This document shows positions 17,508 through 24,368 of a DNA stretch of 36,827 nt, piece after piece; the first letter of the stretch is position 1, and each line of letters begins with the position of its first letter. Source of the stretch: a virus; IMG/VR virus record IMGVR_UViG_3300029122_000022; one strand, 5' to 3'. The translations under genes were made by a program, and so were the position numbers. The notes below the pieces were generated by a model, which had not been told where the DNA came from, made no database searches, and was given only the letters and a program-made list of their open reading frames with translations.

Positions 17508-18628
17508 AGCATATAAATTTGGTCGGTAACTTCGAGCGTTTGGAAATAGCCGCTGTCGTTAGCCGTCAAGTTATACCCCAAAACATAATACGTTCCGGAC
17601 AGCTCCGGGAAGAGAGAGTCGTGGTACTCGATTGAATCGAGGATATTCACTTTGGGGTACAGCAACAAAGTTAGTCGACCTTTGTTTCGGAACCCTTTTT
17701 GGTGCTGCAAAACACGTTCCGCGAAGCTCTCGATGCCTTCTTTTGACTGGAGGTTACACCACGCTCGTACGGGCTCCCCGTACTTTTTGTCAAACTGCGT
17801 ACGTTGGTCGGTAGTACGAGAGTTTTTGAGGCCTGCCGTATACGTATACCGCTTACCGTTTTCGAGCAACCCGCTAACCACTACGTTGTAGTCTACAAAT
17901 CTTCCGTCAATCGGAACGATGTCTCGGCCTACTACGTTGTATCTCGTATCGAGCCCCGTCACGGGGATTCTGTCTTTGTCGTCCACGCCCGCACCTATGA
18001 ACACGCCACCATCTTCTGTCACCCCGGCCCACATCATGAAGTACTGCATTAAGTACTGCATAATCTCGTACGGCGATCGGCCCACTGCAAACTTCACCGC
18101 TGGGATAGGGGTCGTTGTAGCCTGCACAACCTTATCGTTCGGTTCGTAGTATAAATTAGGTACGTCGGGTGACAACCCCATTACCTCTCGCTCCTTCTTA
18201 AACGCTTCCGTAGCAACAGGTATGCAATCCTTCACCATCTGTTGAAGCGTTACGTTACCGTTCCACCCCCTCTGCATAGAGCCGAATCGAAGCATAAACG
18301 TGAAGTCCCGAAGGTACAACACGGTGGGGAAACCCTCTCCGACGTGTTCAATAAACCCACGAAACACTCGTATTTTCTCCATCCCGTCGTACCACATAAA
18401 CACCTCTACGAGGGCCGTGGGTTTAATAACGTTAGCTTTGAAAACGCTCCTCACACGGTTTCTTGCCTCTCCGGACTGAACGACGCCGAGCGCGTAGAGC
18501 GGAAGAACGAGCGTAGCGGAGTCTCCGAATGTACGACTGTTCGATTGCATTTTGAAACTCTCGAACTGTCCTACGTTCTCCCCCTCTATGATAACCTCGT
18601 TTCTGCATATAACCATGTTTGAGTTCAT
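17504..18628 (-). CDS. Baseplate hub / late-control-D-like tail protein
   Basis: 374 aa, located two genes after the tape measure, as for P2 gpD / PBSX XkdQ. Called on synteny only. Confidence 0.4.
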   Translation of the reverse strand: MNSNMVICRNEVIIEGENVGQFESFKMQSNSRTFGDSATLVLPLYALGVVQSGEARNRVRSVFKANVIKPTALVEVFMWYDGMEKIRVFRGFIEHVGEGFPTVLYLRDFTFMLRFGSMQRGWNGNVTLQQMVKDCIPVATEAFKKEREVMGLSPDVPNLYYEPNDKVVQATTTPIPAVKFAVGRSPYEIMQYLMQYFMMWAGVTEDGGVFIGAGVDDKDRIPVTGLDTRYNVVGRDIVPIDGRFVDYNVVVSGLLENGKRYTYTAGLKNSRTTDQRTQFDKKYGEPVRAWCNLQSKEGIESFAERVLQHQKGFRNKGRLTLLLYPKVNILDSIEYHDSLFPELSGTYYVLGYNLTANDSGYFQTLEVTDQIYML

Positions 18629-18629
18629 A

Positions 18630-19361
18630 CTAACCCTCTATTTGTGTTCTGTTACCAGCGTCCGCGTCTATCTCTCGCAAGTTGAAAGTAAGAACGTTTT
18701 CTCCGTACTTCACTTCGGTCAGCGAGAACTCGAACGTGTAAGTTCCCATACCTACCTTCGGGGTGAACTTGTACTCCGATATGAATACGTAGTCGATACC
18801 GAAGGTCTCGTTAATCATCTTGTTACGTATCCGGAGGACAGCGTCACCGTCGTAGAACTCACGCAAGAACTGTGCGAGCTCCGTTACTTTTGCTCCAACA
18901 AAGTTTGGGTCGGATAACGTCATCTCTTCGGCAAGTATTCCCTCCGATTCGGACACCTTCATTATTTGAAGGTTCTGTTGATTGTTACGTAAGGTGAGCC
19001 GCAGCACGCAGTCAATCGTCTTTGCCTCTTTACGCGTCTGCTGTATGATGTCTACACCGTCTACGAGCGACGAGACGTTGAGACGCTTTTTCGCCCGCAG
19101 CGTAAACGTTTGAGAGAGCGGCATGAAGTAGTCACCGATCTGTAAGGACCACAGTTTCGAGTAGTCGTATCTGTCGATCTCTCCGGTTGACACCTTTTCA
19201 CTCGACGCTGCGGTGGTCTGCTTCTTTGCCCAGCTCGGAGTAGGGACTAACGCGTCGTCGTTAGTTTTAGCGGGACGCGTCATACCTATTCCTATCCACG
19301 CAGTGGAAAGGGACAGCACGATAGGCGAGGTGGCTGACCTGTATGTAGATTCTACGCTCAT
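18630..19361 (-). CDS. Hypothetical tail protein (post-tape-measure position)
   Basis: 243-aa ORF directly after the tape measure gene. Confidence 0.45.
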   Translation of the reverse strand: MSVESTYRSATSPIVLSLSTAWIGIGMTRPAKTNDDALVPTPSWAKKQTTAASSEKVSTGEIDRYDYSKLWSLQIGDYFMPLSQTFTLRAKKRLNVSSLVDGVDIIQQTRKEAKTIDCVLRLTLRNNQQNLQIMKVSESEGILAEEMTLSDPNFVGAKVTELAQFLREFYDGDAVLRIRNKMINETFGIDYVFISEYKFTPKVGMGTYTFEFSLTEVKYGENVLTFNLREIDADAGNRTQIEG

Positions 19362-19362
19362 A

Positions 19363-21372
19363 CTAATACCAACGTGAGTTCATTGAGTTCGTAGCGCTGA
19401 GCAGGGACTTTTGTATAGCCGCCGACACTAACGCGTTAATGTTTTGCGAAACGTCGTCCATAACTTCCTGCGGATCGTCCGTCGTGATGGTCGAGTTCCA
19501 CTCCACCAACTTGTCGTTGAAGTTGATGACAAGTGAACGCCGATCACGGCTAAATCCGCGTAAGTCGTCCTCCGTTCCTGTACCCCCCGATGCGCCCCCG
19601 GCGCCTCCGTAGTTGGGGATTTTCGGCGCTTTCATATATTCGTTCAGAGCGTCCTTGTACCACTCAAGCATCATCATGCTCGGCACGCTCGACAAATACG
19701 CAGCAAAACTGGGGGTAGCACCTACGTATGACCCTGCACCCTCCGGGATGAAATAGTTACGTTTTTCAGCGTCGGACAGGCTGTTAAAGAATCCATACCG
19801 TAAATTTCGGTTCTGTATGAGGTTGTACGTCTTCGTATTTCCAGACAAGTCCCAGCTCTCGTACGCAGCGGGGAAGTTGAAGCGCACAGCACCGAGTTTT
19901 TCGGGGTCTCTTGCCCATCTACTTACCAAAGGTAAAAAGAACGTTTCGAACTCTTTACGCTGTACGTCCGGATCGTTGCTTCGGGCTGCTCCACTACCGA
20001 TGAACATACTAAAGGCGTCCTCCATATACCGACCAGCTACGGTTCGTATGGTCTGCTGCCTTTGTGTTCTGCCTACGTACTGCCCGCGAAGATCGCCTAT
20101 ATCAATACCGAACGTATCGTATAGCTTACCGCCTACTTTAGACAGCATACCTACTATAATATCCGAGTTTTCGGAAACGTACTCGAACAAAGAGGTTAAG
20201 GCGTTAACCGAGTTCATAAAACCCGTGTTAGACGTAAGCGACGTTATCAATTTTGATAACGCATCGCCGAACGATCCCAGTATGTCAGCCGCGTTTCCTG
20301 CTACGGTAAGCCAGCTCGTATTTTCTGCGAGTTTCGCGTAGAAGTCCTGCTGTGCTACCGTTACAATACCACGGGCCTGCATGATCGGACTCGATGCGTT
20401 CTCAACGTCGTAGCGTGTAAGGACGGATAACAGGTTATTTTGATCCTTAAGGTACGTATTTTTGTCCACACCAGTTACGCCCTTACGCTCCATTTCGTCG
20501 ATAGCGTATCGGCCGAGGATCGGGGCTTGGTTAAGGAGCTCTCGAATATCTCGGATGTTCGGGTTGCTCTGCACCATTAACTGCTGTATGTTGGTCATCA
20601 CACGTTCAAACGAGACGCCTGCCTGTTGAGAGATAAGACCTCCGACACGCGTTAGCGCCGTAGCATCGTTTACAGTCAGCTTGCTCCCGGTCTTGGCCAC
20701 ACCCATGCCGGACAGAACGTTAATCGCCGATATGGCCGCGGACCTGTCGAGACCGTAGTCTCGTGCAAGAGCATCCGCGTTACCCTGTGCTTGAAGGTAG
20801 GCTCCTCCGAGGCCCAAACGTGCTTGGTTCCTACGCTGCAAGATACGTACGCCTTCGGCCATACCCTCCGACATGAGGAACTTCGTCATCATCATCGTAC
20901 CTATTCCGCCTACGGCGTATGACCCGATAGTGGTGTACGCAGTGGCTTTGAATAGCGCCTTCCCAACAGACGCAAGTATGTTCGTAGCGATGCCCGCAAT
21001 GTTAACCGTTCGAGCCAACTTTGCGGCGTCCATACCGAACAACTGACCGTTCTCGTCGGGCTGAATTATGGACGAGAGACGTGCGCTGAACCCCCCAAAA
21101 CTGAAACCGTACCCGTAGGACCCTACACGCGTGTAGCGATGCCGAGTATACATTGACGGCTCCCTTCCCGGAGCAACAGACGCAGCGCGAGGCGCTGCGC
21201 TCGATACACGTATAGTCCTTACCGGAACAGTCTGCGCAGCCGCACCTACTGCACGGAGTGACATGGCAAGAGACTTCGCGCTAACGTCGGCTCTCGCCAA
21301 CGCAGCGGCCAACTTTTCGGCACGTGTCGTAGCGTTACCGGATATGTTGAGTACGATGCTATAGCTTGCCAT
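19363..21372 (-). CDS. Tail tape measure protein
   Basis: Longest tail gene (669 aa), Gly/Ala/Ser-rich. Lies immediately downstream of the frameshifted chaperone pair and overlaps its end. Confidence 0.65.
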   Translation of the reverse strand: MASYSIVLNISGNATTRAEKLAAALARADVSAKSLAMSLRAVGAAAQTVPVRTIRVSSAAPRAASVAPGREPSMYTRHRYTRVGSYGYGFSFGGFSARLSSIIQPDENGQLFGMDAAKLARTVNIAGIATNILASVGKALFKATAYTTIGSYAVGGIGTMMMTKFLMSEGMAEGVRILQRRNQARLGLGGAYLQAQGNADALARDYGLDRSAAISAINVLSGMGVAKTGSKLTVNDATALTRVGGLISQQAGVSFERVMTNIQQLMVQSNPNIRDIRELLNQAPILGRYAIDEMERKGVTGVDKNTYLKDQNNLLSVLTRYDVENASSPIMQARGIVTVAQQDFYAKLAENTSWLTVAGNAADILGSFGDALSKLITSLTSNTGFMNSVNALTSLFEYVSENSDIIVGMLSKVGGKLYDTFGIDIGDLRGQYVGRTQRQQTIRTVAGRYMEDAFSMFIGSGAARSNDPDVQRKEFETFFLPLVSRWARDPEKLGAVRFNFPAAYESWDLSGNTKTYNLIQNRNLRYGFFNSLSDAEKRNYFIPEGAGSYVGATPSFAAYLSSVPSMMMLEWYKDALNEYMKAPKIPNYGGAGGASGGTGTEDDLRGFSRDRRSLVINFNDKLVEWNSTITTDDPQEVMDDVSQNINALVSAAIQKSLLSATNSMNSRWY

Positions 21373-22014
21373 CTTCTATACGTTTTATCAATGCGTCCTC
21401 CAAGTTGTCAGTAGCAAACGGGGCCAGTTCGAAGTTCCTCATAAGGAACGACGAGGCGGCGTATAGCTCCTCGATCAACGTTATAGGGTAAAGCTCCCCG
21501 TCAAGAAGTAGATGGTACGGGATGTTGAGATAGTGCGAGACGAACACCCTACGTATAAACATACGGTCACGTTTCTGAACGCGATCTATGATCTTATAGT
21601 TCGATACGATCCGTTTCGCTTCGATCTGCTTGTCTTTATCTATGCCCTCAATATCCTTGTCGGGATACGTTAGGCGTTCTCGAAAAAATCACGCAGCTCC
21701 TTCTGAAAGATAGGATCGTTGAGAAGGCATCGTGAAGCCCGAAGGTCTGCACGAACGAGCGATACGTTGCTTACAGGGTTGTGGAGTTCCTCCTCTTTGT
21801 GTACGACGAACAGCTCTACGTACGCACGTGCTGCATCGTTGATGTTCGAGTAGGGTGACGGAAGTCGGCCCATCATGTCGGACATACCGAAGGCGAACTC
21901 TACGTGGGAGTCGTTTCGATCGTTGAACGGAACTACCTCCACGGTGATGTCCTTCGAGCCGGTCTCTGTCTTTACGTTTTTGAGCGTAATTTTACGCGTT
22001 TTGATCTCTGCCAT
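21359..22014 (-). CDS. Tail assembly chaperone GT-like product made by -1 programmed frameshift (about 218 aa)
   Basis: I translated the -1 frame from the heptamer onwards (RERLTYPDKDIEGIDKDKQIEAKRIVSNYKIIDRVQKRDRMFIRRV...). It stays open and joins the 21359..21562 ORF, ending 14 nt inside the tape measure gene. Confidence 0.6.
21670..22014 (-). CDS. Tail assembly chaperone (gpG-like, 114 aa from MAEIKTRK)
   Basis: Lies between the tube and tape measure genes and ends just after a slippery heptamer. Start chosen at ATG 22014, because the longer ORF track start would run through the intergenic cloverleaf. Confidence 0.6.
   Translation of the reverse strand: MAEIKTRKITLKNVKTETGSKDITVEVVPFNDRNDSHVEFAFGMSDMMGRLPSPYSNINDAARAYVELFVVHKEEELHNPVSNVSLVRADLRASRCLLNDPIFQKELRDFFENA
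21682..21688 (-). other. Slippery heptamer T_TTT_TTC (X_XXY_YYZ) for the G/GT -1 frameshift
   Basis: The minus strand reads GAT TTT TTC GAG AAC GCC TAA in the G frame. The heptamer lies 3 codons before the G stop. Confidence 0.6.
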
Positions 22015-22043
22015 AGCTTTAGATTTTTGGTTGAACAAATGTG

Positions 22044-22107
22044 CTTCCGGAACGGGAGTCGAACCGCATGGGCCTACGTTAAGGGCCTGCAAACCTGCAT
22101 CCGGAAG
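22044..22107 (-). ncRNA. tRNA-like cloverleaf (non-canonical; not a confident tRNA)
   Basis: A 7-bp closing stem (CTTCCGG/CCGGAAG) encloses three hairpins. The minus-strand reading has a GGTTCGACTCC T-loop-like motif and a 7-nt TTAACGT loop. The element is only about 64 nt, the T stem pairs poorly, and the D arm is minimal. Confidence 0.3.
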
Positions 22108-22150
22108 TGGGGGCTTTATTATAGATGCCCCGAGGAAAAAACGTAGCGAA

Positions 22151-22630
22151 CTACAACGGAACCGTCACTCGTGACTTGCCGCGGGCGCGGAATCGCCAGT
22201 TTTTGAGCGTCTCGGTGGAGCGGCGCTCTACGTTGTCGCTCTCCTCTACACCCGTACAGCGAGTGTACGTCTCGATGGTAGAGGTAGCAGGGACGTCACG
22301 CAGCTTTTTCCACACGGCGGTGATCGTAGCGGACTCAACGATGTCGCGGATATGTACGATAGAGCCGTTTTCGTTGTTGACAGTCGCTGCTGCGAGCGCG
22401 TCCAAGATACGCTGCGCCTCGGCCTCCTGCAACGAGAAGCTCAAATCGTACGTATTGCCGCCGTTGTCCGTGGCGATAGGTTCGTCCGTCGAGAACGCTC
22501 CAATATCGTCCGTCTGACCGGAGATATTCGAGTTGAAGTTAGCGCCTGTTTCGACTTGAAAGGCTACCCCGATAGCGTCGAAATTCAGATAGAGATAAAA
22601 ATCTCTTGCGGGGATTACGTTCTGTGCCAT
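22151..22630 (-). CDS. Tail tube protein
   Basis: 159 aa, directly after the sheath gene and before the chaperones. Confidence 0.5.
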   Translation of the reverse strand: MAQNVIPARDFYLYLNFDAIGVAFQVETGANFNSNISGQTDDIGAFSTDEPIATDNGGNTYDLSFSLQEAEAQRILDALAAATVNNENGSIVHIRDIVESATITAVWKKLRDVPATSTIETYTRCTGVEESDNVERRSTETLKNWRFRARGKSRVTVPL

Positions 22631-22632
22631 AC

Positions 22633-23826
22633 CTACTCAAGGGATTTTACGTAGAACACCTTTCCGTCGATCCAGCGGAGGGTCGGGGCGTCGAGGATTT
22701 CGAGCGTCACTTCCCACGTACGCGTGCCGATCATGTCGTTGTTTTGAGCGTTGATCGTGATTCGGGCGTCAGAGATAACACCGTCCTCTACGTACGGGGC
22801 GATGACGGACGAACGTGCGTTGTCAATAACCACCTGTTTGTACGTCGGGTCGATGTCGCCGTTGACCTTACACGGCACCTTCGAGTTGATATACGGAGTG
22901 AGGAACCCGCGGAGATCGTCGACCATAGCTGCGATTACAGCCGAGGCTTCGATCGTGGACAGGGAGGTTGTGGCCTCTGCGGCTGTCGCTCCGTCATTCC
23001 ACCACAGCCCGTTTTTCGGAGGTCTCGTACGTGCAAAAATGTACTGTTTGTCGCCGAGCGTGTTTACTACGACGAGGGGCACAGATGCACACGGTGTGTT
23101 GACGTAGGCCTCTGCCGACTTGTCGATGTACCACAGCGAATCGGCGAACGACTGGAGGCCAGCGTCTCCAACCGACGTACCGAGAGATACGCTAACGTGG
23201 AGACCCGAAAGAGCACCCACACACGCACGGCCTTGAAGTACGTTGGTGACGATGCACGTACCTACTGCGGGTGCGTTCTTCGACGAAAGGTCGGGGAGCG
23301 TCGAGTAGATCGTAGTGATGGCCCCCTTCGGGAGCTGCGCTTCTGCCAAGAAGCACACGGTCGCAAATCCCTCCGTGTAGAGTTCGTCGATTACGGTCTG
23401 CACGTCCGACTGTGTGATGCCTTCGACGGCGGGGTCGGTCGAAATGACGATGTTACGTGGGCGGTACTGGAAGCCGCTCGTGGCCGTAGCACGTACCCAA
23501 TCTGCCAACTTCTCGGTAACGCCCGTGTTCGGGGATTTCGTACCTACTACCCACAAGATGGTTCCCGAGTTGTTGACACCCGACATGGGTGCGTAGAAGT
23601 CGTTCACCTGTTTGTAGAGGTCTGCGTTGTTCTCCGCCGTAACACCGAGCAACGTTTCGAGCTCGTTGGCTGACTGGATCATGTATGGGGTGTCCAGCTC
23701 AAACTGCAAACTACCGCCGCTTACTGCCGTCGCTCCGACGACAACAAGCAACGTGTTAGTGTTCACAGGTCGACTGTCCCCAACCGTAGTGTTAGCCACT
23801 ACGATCGAAATGCCAGTTCTTGCCAT
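22633..23826 (-). CDS. Contractile tail sheath protein
   Basis: 397 aa. The N-terminus (GISIVVANTTVG...LLVVVGATAVSG) and C-terminus (FARTRPPKNGLWWNDGAT) resemble the P2 FI-type sheath pattern by eye. Synteny supports the call. Confidence 0.6.
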   Translation of the reverse strand: MARTGISIVVANTTVGDSRPVNTNTLLVVVGATAVSGGSLQFELDTPYMIQSANELETLLGVTAENNADLYKQVNDFYAPMSGVNNSGTILWVVGTKSPNTGVTEKLADWVRATATSGFQYRPRNIVISTDPAVEGITQSDVQTVIDELYTEGFATVCFLAEAQLPKGAITTIYSTLPDLSSKNAPAVGTCIVTNVLQGRACVGALSGLHVSVSLGTSVGDAGLQSFADSLWYIDKSAEAYVNTPCASVPLVVVNTLGDKQYIFARTRPPKNGLWWNDGATAAEATTSLSTIEASAVIAAMVDDLRGFLTPYINSKVPCKVNGDIDPTYKQVVIDNARSSVIAPYVEDGVISDARITINAQNNDMIGTRTWEVTLEILDAPTLRWIDGKVFYVKSLE

Positions 23827-23832
23827 GTTGGT

Positions 23833-24309
23833 TTACTTTTTGAACGGGTTTTTGTTTTCTTTTGCGGGCTGCGCGTCGGCCTCCGTCTTTGCGGGCTGCG
23901 CGTCGGCCTCCGTCTTTGCGGGCTGCGCGTCGGCCTCCCCTTTGAGTGCGGCCATGATCTCATCCTCCTCGGATTTCGGGATCGGTGCGGGGCCCTCATC
24001 CTTCTTTTCGGCTGCCTTCTTCCCCTTCTGTACGGGAACGTAGGCGTCTTTGAAGAGCTCGTTGAACGCGTCGAGGTCCTTCGCGTACGAGCGGAGCTTT
24101 TCGTTCGTTACGTCGCTCTCGGTGATCTCCTTGATGGCCACAAACTGCGTTGCGTCATCAAAGACCATGTTTCGGGTACGTACAGCCTCCTCGGCTGCCC
24201 GCTTGGTGCGGAACATGACGCCTTCCGTCGTTACGTGGAGCGTTTTGTATCGGCGAACCTGCGCCGCGATGTCCGCAATCTGTTTGATGTTGAATTTAGG
24301 TGCTGCCAT
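23833..24309 (-). CDS. Hypothetical virion-module protein with a Lys/Glu/Ala-rich repeat tail (158 aa)
   Basis: Lies between the capsid and sheath genes. The C-terminus carries three EADAQPAKT repeats. Confidence 0.6.
   Translation of the reverse strand: MAAPKFNIKQIADIAAQVRRYKTLHVTTEGVMFRTKRAAEEAVRTRNMVFDDATQFVAIKEITESDVTNEKLRSYAKDLDAFNELFKDAYVPVQKGKKAAEKKDEGPAPIPKSEEDEIMAALKGEADAQPAKTEADAQPAKTEADAQPAKENKNPFKK
23861..23941 (-). repeat. 27-bp tandem repeat x3 (encodes EADAQPAKT x3)
   Basis: TTTGCGGGCTGCGCGTCGGCCTCCGTC occurs twice perfectly; the third unit diverges at its end. Confidence 0.9.
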
Positions 24310-24326
24310 AGTTTCTACGTTTTATA

Positions 24327-24358
24327 GAAGGTACACCCGAGTTACCGGGCATACCTTC
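24327..24358 (-). terminator. Stem-loop just downstream of the capsid gene (possible attenuator/terminator)
   Basis: GAAGGTA/TACCTTC outer stem plus CCCG/CGGG inner stem in the 59-nt gap after the stop at 24369. There is no strong U-run. Confidence 0.4.
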
Positions 24359-24368
24359 TTGTTTGAGT

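Noticed and set aside
21670-22092. The longer ORF track version of the chaperone gene, starting at 22092 (MQALNVGPCGS...).
   Set aside because: The extra 26 codons run through the intergenic cloverleaf. The ATG at 22014 (MAEIKTRK) gives a compact gene with an A/T-rich leader like other genes here.
22044-22107. Calling this element a genuine tRNA gene with a defined anticodon.
   Set aside because: It is too short (about 64 nt). The canonical T stem (positions 49-53 with 61-65) gives only 2 pairs, position 8 is not T, and the D arm is minimal. It is kept only as a tRNA-like structure.
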